The notes beneath the pieces are model-generated. The model was not told the origin of the DNA. It did no database searches and saw only the letters and a program-made list of their open reading frames with translations. A DNA stretch of 63,836 nt, counting the filler, from Octopus bimaculoides (taxonomy: Eukaryota), in NCBI RefSeq assembly GCF_001194135.2. It is 6 parts of 4 records of this genome, joined end to end, with 100 filler letters (N's around TTAATTAATTAA, not from the genome) between each part and the next. Parts side by side here need not be neighbours in the genome. Positions count along the whole stretch, not along the records: positions 14,118 to 33,317 come from NC_068982.1; positions 33,418 to 47,352 come from NC_068986.1; 4 more parts are not named here. One strand, 5' to 3'. Below, in pieces: positions 26,111-41,064 of this stretch. Numbering within the stretch: the first letter of the stretch is position 1; the number at the start of each line of letters is the position of its first letter. The translations under genes were made by a program, and so were the position numbers.

Positions 26111-27063
26111 ACGCACACATACATTACAACATACATAGCTATGAATATAGTACATGTGCGCTAGATTCCATGCGTATGTATATGTATATTCACATTGTTA
26201 TGTGAATTGTTGCAGCAATTAAATGTATGGGTATTGCATAAATAATTCTTAAAATATATTCACAAATGCACATACATAAAGACGCATACGGATACACACA
26301 GATAATATATACTCTGTTTCACACACACACATACAGACACACATACACACACACATATATACACACACGCGCATATATACACACATATATATGAAATGTG
26401 TGTTTATGTGTCTGTATGCGTCTTGTGTGCGCAGCGTTCTAAACTGTGTTTCTACAGTTTTCTTAATTCCTGGGTAGAATCTATTAATTCTAAGCATTTC
26501 GATGTTTGGAGCTCCATAACAAATTTATGTGCAACGTTATCAACGCAGTAAATTATTTGATTAGCTCTAAACCATGAAGAAGACTTTGATCGGGAATAAA
26601 TTTGGTAAAACATGGCTCTATTTTACGCATTAGTATATGCACGCAAGGAATAAATAAATAACGACCCTTATTAACTTACGACAAATGGCCAAGTATATAT
26701 ACATGTATACATACACACATACATGTATATATGTATATATATATATATATATATATCTTGTTGCATTAGTAATCATAATCACGGTTCTGTATCTTCCTTT
26801 TATATTATTCTTTATGCGGTACGAAAAGAAACATATCTATTTGCCTTACATATTCAAGCGATTTACAATAGTGGGGGATATAATGTACTCTAAGGGTAAT
26901 GATTGGTGTCCTCAAATTCTTGAGACACTAAAACTTCAAACAGCAGACATGGTTTGTAATATTAAACAGATGAGTGAAAATGCATTACACGTACTCGTAT
27001 GTAAATATACATTAACACAAACACATATGCAAGTAAATACTTCCACACACTTACGCGCGCACA

Positions 27064-27106
<43 letters not shown>

Positions 27107-28089
27107 GAACACACAACATACACACACACATATAAACATACATACGTACACATATTTAAGTGTGTGTGTTGGTGAGTGTACGTATGTACATGGATATTTT
27201 TTTACCGACGTATTTGCATTTTTATGTATTAAATTGTCTCTTCGATTGCTTTGCTCCGGACTCCGTATTCGGAGTTCTAATTCGATTTGTTTCCATTCTG
27301 TGGGACTACTATTCGCCTGTACGCTCAGACTGAATAGCAATATGTATATGTGCCCATATGTACGTTTGTAATTGTACATGCATGTTTGGTTGTATGTTTG
27401 TATATATACGTGTATATATCCTGGTATGCATGTATATATGTATGTGATTGAATCAGAGCAACAATGGATATGACTAACTATTGTTACAGAGCGGTAAAAT
27501 TGAAGAGACATTTTGGTTTAACTACAAATTTCATATTAATATTTCTTCTCAATTAAACTCTACGCAGTATCATGTCTATCGATTTTATGTCCAAAAATGT
27601 CTTACTCCAAACCATCAATGGAAATACATTTTCCAGAACGGATACTTCCTCTTTTAACACCACCCTATCATCTCCCACTGTATGACTCCCTATTCTGCTA
27701 TACTAACAAACCCACGATACACATTATGGAGATATATAAAAGCATGCAGCAGACATCATATTGTATCTTTGGTGATACTAACGTAGAAATAGTTTAAATC
27801 AGTTTGTGTAGCAAAGCCAAACAACATGAGTAGTAACGACAATCAGTTTGTGGAAACGCGGGTATGTTATATACAACATTAAAATATCAGTTACGTTTTC
27901 TACGTTCCTTATTCGTATAAAAAACAGCTCCAACTCTGCTGGAAAAATAGTAAATCCAGAGATATAATGGTTATTGTTAACCTGCGTAGAGTATTTGAGT
28001 TGAGTGTAGAACCATTTAATGAAACCAAACTATATGGTAACGTGTCTTGCCTGCCAGGTAATGCATGCATATATGTATGTGTTATTTAA

Positions 28090-28370
28090 TTTTATGTCAA
28101 GATTTCATGTCAATAGAGAAAGTACCTGGTTCTAATCTACATTCAAGATTCATTCATTGAAATTTCCAAAACATCAACAAGATATTTTTATGTGTATGTA
28201 TGTCTATATGTATGTAAGTGTGTATGTATGTATGTATGTCATTGTCCAGTTTTATTTCAAGATTTCTTGCCAATAGAGAAAGAGCCGGTTTCTAATCGAG
28301 ATGCAAGTCTCCTTCATTAGAATTTCAACATCAACACCATGGTATTTTTGTATGTATGTATGTATGTATG
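28090..28370 (+). repeat. Degenerate tandem duplication (~165-bp period), each unit ending in (TATG)n
   Basis: TTTATGTCAAGATTTCATGTCAATAGAGAAAG..GGTTCTAATC..CATCAACA versus TTTATTTCAAGATTTCTTGCCAATAGAGAAAG..GTTTCTAATC..CATCAACA. Confidence 0.65.
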
Positions 28371-28578
28371 TATGTGTGTATGTATGTATGTATAAATGCA
28401 GATTTGTATGTTTTGCTTTATGTATGTATTATCATGCATATAGTTGCATATCTAGACATGCTCACATATATTTAAATGATAAATTCCTGGAAAGTTTTAC
28501 AGATTTTTACAGTTCCAATGTTGGATTAAATCTGTGGTCTTCGAATCAGCTTTCTCTTTTCTGGTTTTGAGAAGACTA

Positions 28579-28618
<40 letters not shown>

Positions 28619-29039
28619 TATGCTCATGCAAAGAGGAAGAATAGAACTCAAACTATGCGTATATGTATATTTTTAATAATATTTAGCAGAAATAACAGAG
28701 TCACTCAAGGTCAAAATTCTCAGTGCGTTGGCAGGTATCAATTTCGGTTACAATTCAAAGATCTGTGAGTTTATAGAGCTACTGATAACGATATTTCCCT
28801 CTGGAGTGTTCTAAATCAAATTTTAAAATATTAATAATGTCACGTCGATAATTCAAGTAGTTTGCCCGTTATATCGTCCAATAAGAAAATACATAAGGAA
28901 ATAAGTAAAGAAATAGAGTGAAAAGAAGAAAGATACCTTGTGCATGTCATCAAACATATATATAAGAGAAAGTTTATATGAATTAGGCGTATAGATGTGC
29001 ATGTACATGCGTCTGCACAGGTACACGCAGACACGCACA

Positions 29040-29070
<31 letters not shown>

Positions 29071-29225
29071 GTATACACACACNNNNNNNNNNNNNNNNNN
29101 NNNNNNNNNNNNNNNNNNNNNNNNNNNNNNNNNNNNNNNNNNNNNNNNNNNNNNNNNNNNNNNNNNNNNNNNNNNNNNNNNNNNNNNNNNNNNNNNNNNN
29201 NNNNNNNNNNNNNNNNNNNNNNNNN

Positions 29226-29370
29226 NGCTGGGGTGAAAGAGTACAGCCACCACCCCTTACCGGAGCCTCGTGGAGCTTTAGGTGTTTTCGCTTAATAAAC
29301 ACTCACAACACCCGGTCTGGGAATCGAAACCGCGATCCTACGACCGCTAGTCACTGGGCCATTGCGCCTC

Positions 29371-29372
<2 letters not shown>
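29226..29372 (-). mobile_element. tRNA-derived SINE, 5' part (truncated by gap)
   Basis: Minus strand GGCGCAATGGCCCAGTG..GGTCGTAGGATCGCGGTTTCGATTCCCAGACCGGG: A and B boxes. Confidence 0.7.
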
Positions 29373-29417
<45 letters not shown>

Positions 29418-29617
29418 TCTTATGTCAGTATATACGTATGTATGTATGTCTGTATGTATGTATGTATGTATGGATGGATGGATGGATGAAAGTATGTATG
29501 AATTTGGCAATGTTATAAATAAATCCGTATGGGAAACGTATTGCAAAGGGATAGAAAGTTTTCAAATAATAAAAGCATGACGTCTGGATTTTAATAGGAA
29601 AATTAACAATTTGGTTA

Positions 29618-29653
<36 letters not shown>

Positions 29654-29712
29654 TGTGCGCGTGTGTGTGTTTGTATGTATGCACATTTATATTTATATAT
29701 ATATATTTTTGT

Positions 29713-29755
<43 letters not shown>

Positions 29756-30242
29756 CCTGTGTGTGTGCCTGTGTGTGTGCATGTGTGTGCATGAACATGC
29801 GTATGAGTGTACATATTAATGTACAATGTTTTTGATAAACATATTTATTCCTGCTGTATAAATATAACCTGTAGATAAACCACAGGAGCTCTGGCAATTA
29901 AAAATGAGGTTCAATTCCGAATGGTGTCATGTTTCATACTGCTTGTAAAGGATCCTGTACCTCCTGGTATGTAAAATGGAACACAGATCCCTTACATCCA
30001 ATGACATCAACTCCGAAGTTGCGAGCAAACATTTGAGTCTCAGCCTAAATGTGTCGATCTGCTAAATATATCATACAAAGTGCATCAACCTACAAAATGA
30101 TAACTTGAAACTTGAAACTCGATAACTTGAAAACTGATAACTTGTAACGATGCGTTGAATAATATAGTCCTAGGCATATAAAATAACGTAATGACTTCAG
30201 TATCAGGTCTTAACGGGGGATAAATGATAACATCGTTATATA

Positions 30243-30305
<63 letters not shown>

Positions 30306-30627
30306 TAGAAAACATTTTGTAAACTTAACATTTCTCTTGCACCTTCAGGTTTATTTGGCCCGGGTTTATCGAATTTTACTGATGGTTAAGTGAATGAAGG
30401 TAGCTCCACTATTTTCACTTCTCATTTATATCTCAGTCGATTCGTGGAGTGTAAAAGGATTTATCAAGTTCAAAGACAAATTATTCTGCCTATTCTGAGA
30501 GTGAGACTCAAGAACTCAATCCTGATTCCGACACACTTACCAGAAAACTAACCAAAAGTCCATTGCATTACATAGGAAAATATAGCCAGTGCCACACACA
30601 CACAATTGCACACACACAAACAGTTTC

Positions 30628-30672
<45 letters not shown>

Positions 30673-31211
30673 TTCCATTTGAATAAGCCAGCAGGCGATA
30701 AATATCCTACTCTACAGGAATTTTGTAATGCATATACGATGGGTTTGGATATAATGTCATGCATAATGATTGCCTCTTCTTGTCAGATGAGAGCCGTCAC
30801 AGATTGAATGATAGTTTGTCATCTGTACTCATTAAGTTTAAGTGACAAAAGCTTGTACAATACTTCTGCCACTACCTCAACCGCCATATTTGATTCCATT
30901 CAGAGACATTGTAAGATAACTGGTACTATTTTGATTGCAAATTTTATGTTAGAGCCTCTTTCACCTGGAAGAGCTGTCTTCTCTACTGCTATGTCAAAAT
31001 AAAGGGAGCCTCCCCTCTCCGCAACGAAACTATCTAACCCATACATGGGATCCTGAGAGGCATTAGCGTTCCGGGTCCGAACGCATCTTTGAGTAATAAT
31101 GATTAAGGGATGACACAACTTCCGAACTCCTGAACAGGAATCTCATCACCGTTTGCAATTTAATGTAGTATCCAGGACACGTATATACATATACGTATGT
31201 ATGTACCTATA

Positions 31212-31520
31212 TAAGCCTTGAGAGCGGATTTGGTAAACGGAAGCTGAAATATATATATTGATATATATATATGTGTGTGTGTGTATGTGTGTGTGTGTCT
31301 GTCTGTCTGTGTTTGTTCCCCCGCCATCGCTTCACAACCGAAGCTCGCGAGTTTATGTCTCCGACTCCGTAACTTAGCGGTTCGGCAAAAGAAACCAATA
31401 GAATAAGTACTGGCTTACAAAGAATAAGTCCTGGGTTCGATTTCTTTGACTAAAATCCTTTAAGGCGTGCTCCGGCATGGCCAAAGCCAAATAACTGAAA
31501 CAGATAAAAGAATAAAAGAA
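31212..31520 (+). mobile_element. SINE family B copy (5'-truncated)
   Basis: GGATTTGGTAAACGGAAGCTGAAA-microsatellite-GTGTTTG..CGTAACTTAGCGGTTCGGCAAAAG..ACAAAGAATAAGTCCTGGG. Confidence 0.8.
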
Positions 31521-31538
31521 TAGAATATACATATGTGC

Positions 31539-31613
<75 letters not shown>

Positions 31614-32178
31614 TGTGTTTGTGTTGATAACACGGTGTGGCATGTGGCATGAATTTCAAACGTGAATACTACGCGCCGTACAAGATAAATTCTTAATTTA
31701 CTAAAATTATATTAACTTGCGAAGAAAGTGGCAACTGAGACAAAATCATCCGAATGAGAAAGGAAGAAATATCGCAAATGAAATATTCTCCAAAACCCAT
31801 ACGCCATTCGTGAAAAGAGTGTTATTCTATAGAATCAAGCGAAAACATGTTGACATGGATTTTTGCTCTAATAGGCGATGAAATCAGAACTGTTCATTTA
31901 ATTTGACTCTGACAGACGTAAGGCTTAAACATATGCAATTGGATAGAGGACAATAATGCCATAAAATATTTGCATGACTAAAAAAAATATGTGAATTTAA
32001 AAAAAATGTAATATAGATCGGCCATTGCTATGAATTTGAGCAGTAGAGAGGAGTAAAGTTGTGTATCTGTGTGTATATATACACGTACACACATACATAC
32101 AAGTGCATATATATATACATACATATATACATTTATACATACATGTGCACGCACATACACACATACATGCATACCTAC

Positions 32179-32180
<2 letters not shown>

Positions 32181-32260
<80 letters not shown>
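32181..32260. repeat. (AC)n microsatellite
   Basis: Direct reading. Confidence 0.95.
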
Positions 32261-32272
<12 letters not shown>

Positions 32273-32557
32273 TTCCATATATACATATATATACGCATAT
32301 GTACAAAAATATGATGAAAGAATCTAAAGCTTCTTACAACAGGATTATGTAGCATAGAATCATATCTTATAGAGTCTCCGAGGGGATGTCGCTGGAGAGG
32401 GGACATTGGGACACGTTACATTGAGTATATGTACCTAACGTCAGATGCCCGTAACGGTTCGGAGGGTGTGGGTGGCAATTATTAGATAACAAGACCACAT
32501 ACATGCTAATATACCACAATATGCTCATATACATAAACGCATCCATACGTACATACA

Positions 32558-32591
<34 letters not shown>

Positions 32592-33282
32592 CATACATCC
32601 CTACATACATATATGAATATATTTATATATATATATATATATACACACATACACATATATATATATATACATATATTATTCCAAATTTGTGATAATATAT
32701 ATATTAATATATCTATCTATTTATCTATCTATCAATCTATNNNNNNNNNNCATACATACATACATACATATATACATACATCCCTACATACATATATGAA
32801 TATATTTATATATATATATATATATACATACATATAAATGTATATACATACAGAGATAGAGAGGAGGAGACAAGTTTATGTTTGTACATATATATGTTTG
32901 TGTATGGACACACATGCACACGCACTCACACAAGTATGTAAAAAGTGAGTATTAGAGAGTGGGAGAGAGATTACCAATCAATCAGATTAGAAAAACTATA
33001 TATAGACTCTAATACTATCAAATCGATGATTAATCCATCTTTTGAATAAATATATAATGACATTAAATTTTTGTATTGAGTGTTCTATATTATTTCAAGT
33101 TATTTGCAGTATCAGTTCTCCTTCACATTCTTTCTTTCTGTCTCACTCAACCTCCCTCTCACTTTCTCTCTCTCTCACCATCTCTCTCGAAACACACACA
33201 GTTATATATATATATATGTGTGTGTGTGTGTAGATAGATAAGCACACGTACACATATACATATACACACATATTTACCCGTA

Positions 33283-33317
<35 letters not shown>

Positions 33318-33417
33318 NNNNNNNNNNNNNNNNNNNNNNNNNNNNNNNNNNNNNNNNNNNNTTAATTAATTAANNNNNNNNNNNNNNNNNNNNNNNNNNN
33401 NNNNNNNNNNNNNNNNN
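33318..33417. other. Artificial 100-bp scaffold gap with six-frame-stop linker
   Basis: TTAATTAATTAA at 33362-73 between N runs. Confidence 0.95.
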
Positions 33418-33423
33418 TAATAA

Positions 33424-33668
33424 AAAAAATATTCTGACAAATACATAACAAAAACACCAGGACTTACAAATATATATAACATACAGAAAATTGCACTACT
33501 GGGCACTGCACACATCCTATGCAAAACACTTTCAATACAGTAACCATAAGAGCATCACAGCAAACCACAGCACATACCCAAGGCACACAGAGCTGCGCTC
33601 GGTAGTGAAGTGAAAGCACGTTATAAAAATAAAACTACTGAACAATAATAATAATAATAATAATAATA
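33424..33668 (+). mobile_element. 3' end of an R4/Dong-type LINE (ORF C-terminus, 3' UTR, (AAT)n tail)
   Basis: KKYSDKYITKTPGLTNIYNIQKIALLGTAHILCKTLSIQ* matches the RLE-clade terminal motif QKxxLLGTAxIL. Followed by ~100 nt UTR and an (AAT)n run at ~33644-33668. Confidence 0.75.
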
Positions 33669-35079
33669 TTAGATTGCAGAAAAGAATGGATAGCATGGTA
33701 TCGTAGGGTGCATGTAGTAAACCCGCTACTAAAGCAAGGCTCCACGATTTCCAACAAAACCTGTAATAAAAAGAAGTAGTAATGATAGTAATGAGAAAAG
33801 GAAGAAGGAAAAGTAAAAGGAAAAGGAAGAGGAGAAAAAGAACAACATCAATAACAACATCAAGAACAACATTATTTTTTTGTTAATCATAATTCTAATG
33901 TCCATTGATACGATTCCTTATCACTGCGACTACGACTAACCATCAGCTGGTTAGAAGAAATTTTACCAACGGCGCTATGTGATATTCCAGTTGCGATGTT
34001 TTTAGTAAAAGAGATTGCAAAAGAGCGGCGGTGATAGCTCAGTTGCTTGTGTAGCCTGCGTTGATTCTGTTGGCTGTGGTAGCTGTGACCGTCCTAAATC
34101 AAAGTTAATTGGCAGAACAGAGAACGTAAAAACGTGAGTTGACTTATTAGCTAAAATCATTAGTTCCATTCACAAAGCGAATATACACCAACAGACCATT
34201 ATTCTGTCTCAACATACTCCTTCCTCTCCCCCTTCCACCAACCTTCCTCTCTCGCTCATTCTGCCATTCTCTCAGTACCGTTCCATGCAATCTTTTGCAT
34301 CTTTTTTTTTTCTTTTCAGGTCAGCAACAACCTTCTGTAAACTTAAACTTTAAATGTAATTAATTGGATTTCAAAATTACACTTTTAGTTACGGAGGTTG
34401 AATAGTACCTTCACCACATTTCGTTCTTTGTGCACGCAATCATTATGGCGCCAATCGTTTAGTTTTCATCTCCTTCTTACTTGGAAACCAGTTAGATTAG
34501 TTCATGTAGGATGCACATTTTTTTTTTGTTTCTTCCGCTTTTCTTTGTTAAATATTATGAAATTTTTACTTTTTAATTCTCTTGTTCTTCAATAAAACGA
34601 AATATTTATTATCAATACAAACTCCAGGTTGCTGTTCGTTGTGAGATGTTTTTAGTATATTTATTTCCCATAATAGAAACCTCCAACGAAGTTCCGAGAT
34701 ATAATTTGGTAAACACAGTAGAATAAGTGATATACCAATCTGTTAAAATATGTTTGTATTAACATTCATGTATGTGCTCATGAACGTATGCATATGTATT
34801 TGTCATGCGTGTATGAGGGCGCGAGGCATTCAGTCAACAAGTAGGCATCTGAAGTCACTCAACTTGGTAGAATAACGAGCATGTCTTCCTCAAATTGTGC
34901 GCTGCTGTTCTTAAAAACGAGATGAATCATATATACTTCGCTAAAATAAGACGAAAGCACAAAATATTCCACAACGCTGGAATGGCTGGAAAGCATGTGG
35001 CCAAAATAATGTAAATCTGAGGTTAATGAACAGCAAATATAATATAAATACATATGCATCTATATGATAATAGAGAAAT

Positions 35080-35080
35080 G

Positions 35081-35147
<67 letters not shown>
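35080..35147. repeat. (GATA)n microsatellite
   Basis: Direct reading. Confidence 0.95.
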
Positions 35148-38100
35148 GGATTGATTATGCGATGGTGGAGTTCAACAGCAGGAATTTGATATTACAGAAG
35201 AGAAATACTTGGTGTTTGTCTTTTTAGAACACAGACATATTATAAACCTTCGATTTCTACATAGAGGAGACGTGAAAGTAAACTCCAACGAGATGCAGGA
35301 AGACAATACACCTATGAATAATGCCTGCGTCCGTGTGTGTGCGCGCATGCGTGCGTGCGTCTGTCTGTCTGTGTGTGTCGGTGTGCAGGTGTATATATGT
35401 GCTTTTTTCTAGCTTCAAGTAATCTGTATGAGAAGCTTCTGGATGAAACAGTGCTTTTAGTTTTCTTCCGTAGACATTCTCATTATAGAGCTTAACACAG
35501 AGGTTCCGTGTTGGCACCGACATGTATACAAATACACATATATGCATACATACACAGCACATATATAATTACATGTGTTTGTGTATACATGTGTTTGTGT
35601 ATACATGTGTTTGTGTATACATGTGTTTGTGTTTGTATATACATATACATAGATTCTTATAGGATCAATGCTTTCCCGAGTCAAAAGGCTCATAAACTTT
35701 CTTTCCTGGACTTTGTGATGAATACATTGACCCATCCCCAACAGGGACTGGAGGCTGGAATGTCGCAGGATTTTGCCAAATATGTGGAGAGCAACAACGT
35801 CTTTTGCTCAATGAAGTCTTTTACTTATGAAGACTTTTGCTCAAAAACATATAACATTTCCCGGTTTTACGATCATGCGTACAATATTCACCTGCGCCAG
35901 CGATAAGTATATTTAATTTTTTTTCTATTCGTTTGCCTTCAGAACGCAAGAACAAGAGATAGTTACTAAATTTTTGTGAAATAAAGAGGTGAGGATATCT
36001 CTAAATATCCACACTCTTTGAGAAAACTTTGTTCGTGCCATTGAAGTGTGCATGACATGTCTCACATCAACAGAAACGATCCATATCTGTCTGGAAGATA
36101 CAGCATTTCCATGAAACACATTTTGTTAAAACTTCTACCATGCTTTGTACAGGAACGATTGTCCTGATTGCCACGCTAAAGGCACGGCAGAACCAGAAAA
36201 AATATTGCTACCTTTAATAAAAGTAAAATAAGGAAAAATACTGATGATTTTTCCCATAATGTGCAAAAAATGTAATAAAATCTAGCGCAAGCACTGCAGG
36301 CCAGAGACCGTTGTGTGTGAAAGGGTGCAAAAATGTATTCACTGTTGTGCAGATCAGCTGCTCGGTGGATGTGAAAAACTCTTCAAAATTTATTGAAAAA
36401 TATATGTACAGAGAAAGAAGAGTATAGCTCTTTTATCGCTACTATAAATTTTATTCGTACCAGTCGAATATGAAGTAGACTACACTGTGGAGCAGTAAAT
36501 CTGTTTAGAAACGGGGAAATGCTTAGGTGTCACCAAAACAGAACAGTGGGGCTTGATTCCCTTCCTCTAAATACAATCGCTATTGGAACAGCAAAACTTT
36601 GCAAGACGTTGCTCGGATCCTCCATTTCCTTTTACGGAGGAATATGTGCAAACAATCATATGGAGGTATGGAATACACACGCGCGCACACACATAAAGGA
36701 TAATGAAACATTAGGCATTTGAGATGCATCGTGACACAGACGGGAGTAAATTTGTCCATACAGCACTTACGTACAACACGAACGAATACAGAAATACATC
36801 AACCAATTCACCGACCCCTAAATACTGTCTTGTTTTAAACAAAGAGCTTCAGTAAAATATTAGTGACCTGCTTATGTAAACATAATTCCAATATTTATTA
36901 TATTCTATTGGAAAGAGCAGAGATGGTGATTTAGCTGTTATTAGTAGTAGCAATAACTCTGGGTCCTTATGAAGAAATATGAGATGTTTCCAGTGATTGC
37001 ATATTGTTTTCTATATATTTTTTTATAGTTTTGCTAGATTTATAGCAGATTTCTACCGATGCTCTTGATATATCAGGTTTATATGTAAACTATCGAAATG
37101 TATGGGTTAAATCTCAGGTGAATGGATCAGATTATATGAAAAAAAAAAAGACTAGAAAAAAAGCAATCTCTTCCTTCATACAATACAATTAAGCAAATAT
37201 CTAACCCTGTGTATAATGCACTTTTGATGATTCGTTATTACCAAGAGACTTTGTGAAGCCAGGTTTAATATGTTCGTGTGAATGCTGTGTTTATTAGTCA
37301 GTAGATTGTAAAGATACGATAAGGGAACGGAGATTAGTGTGTATACAAAATGTATCAGCTAATTGAAAATAATACCATTGCCATAGGAATAACTGTCAGT
37401 CATTTGTCTTTCATTTAAATAGTACGTAATCACAGACAATCACATACGCTGGAAACCTATATATATTTTTCATTCATATATACATAACTCCTTGCATACA
37501 TACACAAATATACGTTCACACATAGACATATAATTATATATATATATATATCTCTGGCGCTTATCTTAATGTAATATGTGTGTGCGTCTGTGTACCTGCA
37601 CAAACACGCACACTCACACACATGCACATATATTCATTCGTGTTTTTGTGTGTGCGTATGTGTGAGTGTGTGTGTGTGTGCATGCGTGGGTGTGTATATG
37701 TGTGTATGCAAAGGTTTGAACATATGCTATTCATATTTGTGATTCTGTACTTGTGTGTGTGAATGTGTATGTTTGTCTGTTTTTACGTTCTATATCTACG
37801 TCTTCAAACATAGACCGTTGATATGACTCAACTACTGTCTGTAGTAATTCTCCCGTGGGAGGCATTTTATCATTGAGTGTCGGAGCCGTAGACTGAAGCC
37901 ATATCACTATCGGGAGATATATCGTTTTCGGCCAAATGAGAGGATGGCCTCGCATATTAATCAAAAATGTTAATGGAGGTCATCACACTATAATTGAATA
38001 TAAATGAGGCTGGGCATTAATGGTCTCTTCCTTTATTTTTAGGAAAATGAAATATTAACGCTATCAGAATGAGGCTATAATTAACTTGGTAGATAAATGG

Positions 38101-38561
38101 CCTGTGTCATTAAGGGATATTATTTTAAAGAATGTCGACTGCGAATCTTTAATTCATAAAAAAAAAAAACTGTAGAATTCACTCTCACTTATAACTGTGG
38201 AAAGAATATCAAAATAATGTAATGGACCGGAATGCATATCTCTTTGTGAAAACCAATTACGCATTTAGCACTGGCATAGTTATTTATTCCTTCTTGGCAA
38301 TAGGAGCCTTCTTACGTATATAGAAGTACAAATATCTTCTAACTCAGAGACAGGTTTACAAATTTCGACTTAGGACAAACCGAAGGCCCTGGCGATGACC
38401 TATCGCCCCGTGTGAATTTGATAGTTAATACTAAAGGAAGCGATCTAAAACGAGGCGAATGTAAATGAGGTGTTCTTTTAGGTTTTGAAAGAGAGCTCAC
38501 TGTCATAAGCAGTATTTATGTGAATGAGAGAGAGGGAGAGATAGAGAGGGAGAGAGAGAGA

Positions 38562-38594
<33 letters not shown>

Positions 38595-39210
38595 TATGTG
38601 TAGTGCGTCAGTCTTTAGGAATGTAGCGGGTAGGTCCGGCATTGTCATTTATGATGCGTCCGTCTCTGTACCCACACTTAATGTTTCGAGAAGAAAATGC
38701 ATAACAGACGCCAGCTGTTGATGAAGTGGACATGGACAGTATTAAAAACAAATTTTAAACTTTCTAACAGTACAAAATTCACAGTATATTACGAAGATCA
38801 TTTAGACACAATTTTATAATACACCATTACATACAAATTTCAGTGCATTAGATGTTTTATACATAACTATATTCTCTTTAGGTCATAAATATATTACGAA
38901 AAAGATTAGTTAAAATCTTCCTATTAACGTAAACCACAAATCCGGAAGCCACATATTGCCATTCAACATCCAATACATTATATAAATGAAAACATAACAG
39001 ACTTGGAAATGTCATGGCTTCACGTTTATATCGAATGGAGAAATTGAGACAGATACTTGTTTGCTGGTTATGAATTGACAACAACGACACGTCCTATCAT
39101 ATTACTGTCAAGATACAAATTTCAACTACATAGGCGAATATAAGAATATTAGTTGAAAACTTTACCACTTATACAAAGTTCCACAATTGAAGATTCATGG
39201 AAAAAATCAA

Positions 39211-39433
39211 CTCTTTTACTCTTTTACTTGTTTCAGTCATTTGACTGCGGCCATGCTGGAGCACCGCCGTTAGTCGACCAAATCGACCCCAGGACTTATT
39301 CCTTGTAAGCCTAATACTGATTCTATCGAACTCTTTTGACAAAACGATAAGTTACAGGGACGTAATCATACCAGCATCGGTTGTCAAGCGAGGTTGGGTG
39401 GAAGGACAAACAGACACACAAATATATACACGC

Positions 39434-39475
<42 letters not shown>

Positions 39476-39641
39476 TTATGCAACGAGCTTCTTTCCGTTT
39501 CTGTCTACCAAATCCACTCACAAGGTTTTGGTCGACCCGAGGCTATAGAAGAAGACACTTGCCCAAGGTGCCAGGCAGAGAGACTGAAGCCGGAACTATG
39601 TGGTTCGTAAGCAAGTCACTTACCACACAGCCACTCCTGCG
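39211..39641 (-). mobile_element. SINE family B full copy
   Basis: End-to-end reverse complement of 9358-9750, with an internal microsatellite at ~39415-39475. Confidence 0.85.
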
Positions 39642-40008
39642 ACTATGTATAAATTTTCTTATTAGCTAATTGAGTGCCTGTTAAAATAAGGTAATAATAC
39701 GTAGTTAAAAACTGAACAAATTTAAATATGGGGAGATCAGGTACCTAGTTACGACAGCTTTCTCATCATTGCTTGATGTGGACAAAATATAATGTTGGAA
39801 ATCTAGTGTCACTTTAACATTTCGTCCTGAAGATATGGTCGAAATCTTGCGAATTAAGTTATAGTTTAAAACTAAATTTCAACACACTATTGATGTACTG
39901 TGTTCATTGATCATTAAATAGGGCCGCTTCACACCTGTACATACTTCTTACTCATTTTCATTCCAATCTCTCTCTCTCTCTCTCTCTCTCTCGCTCTCTC
40001 CCTCTCTC

Positions 40009-40039
<31 letters not shown>

Positions 40040-40523
40040 TTCTCTGTATATATATATATATATACATATATANNNNNNNNNNNNNNNNNNNNNNNNNNNN
40101 NNNNNNNNNNNNNNNNNNNNNNNNNNNNNNNNNNNNNNNNNNNNNNNNNNNNNNNNNNNNNNNNNNNNNNNNNNNNNNNNNNNNNNNNNNNNNNNNNNNN
40201 NNNNNNNNNNNNNNNNNNNNNNNNNNNNNNNNNNNNNNNNNNNNNNNNNNNNNNNNNNNNNNNNNNNNNNNNNNNNNNNNNNNNNNNNNNNNNNNNNNNN
40301 NNNNNNNNNNNNNNNNNNNNNNNNNNNNNNNNNNNNNNNNNNNNNNNNNNNNNNNNNNNNNNNNNNNNNNNNNNNNNNNNNNNNNNNNNNNNNNNNNNNN
40401 NNNNNNNNNNNNNNNNNNNNNNNNNNNNNNNNNNNNNNNNNNNNNNNNNNNNNNNNNNNNNNNNNNNNNNNNNNNNNNNNNNNNNNNNNNNNNNNNNNNN
40501 NNNNNNNNNNNNNNNNNNNNNNN

Positions 40524-40569
<46 letters not shown>

Positions 40570-41064
40570 AGGTCAGGAGTGGTGTGAAATTGGAGAATTT
40601 GCTGCGTAGCACTCAGCCCGAATGCTGGGCTACAATACTATCAGGTTCCAAACCGAAGCCGGAATTTCTCACTTGTAGAAAATGCAAGTTTCGGGACGAT
40701 TATTCCGTCAAATGGGGTTCAGCATTGTGTAAATAATCCAATGAAAAGGAAAAGAGGTAAAATTCTTTAAAACATTTTTAATTATAAGTTATAATTGTTA
40801 CCGTGGCATGTTAATTTGGAGTGCCAGTTAACGCGAAAACTCTAAATTAAAAATCACGTAATAATTGCGGTTTTAGACATAACAGATGCATTTCATCAAC
40901 CTTGCATCAAAGGTGTGTTATACCATTGTGCGTCTTTCAGACCTTGTTAAGAAAATATCAGGAAGAGACCAAAAAAGAAAAAAAAAATTAAAGTGAGAAA
41001 GAGGAAGGGGTAAGTGGGGTAGATATTATGCGAGGGCGGGATCAAGAGGATGGATACGTATAAG

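Noticed and set aside
30330-30380. Possible micro-exon (CTTCAG|GTTTATTTGG...GATG|GTTAAG); also an acceptor-like site at ~34320
   Set aside because: Non-consensus donor and no SLC7 or other homology.
30537-31118. Long minus-strand frame with few stops
   Set aside because: No recognisable motif; runs into a (TG)n microsatellite; compatible with chance.
32575-32830. Direct duplication of ~70 bp across a 10-N gap (similar at 57340-57440)
   Set aside because: Typical unresolved contig overlap in microsatellite sequence; likely assembly artefact.
35650-35906. Plus-strand open frame and a minus-strand PASSPCWGW motif reminiscent of transposon-derived CXC proteins
   Set aside because: Match is too short and the downstream Cys cluster is absent.
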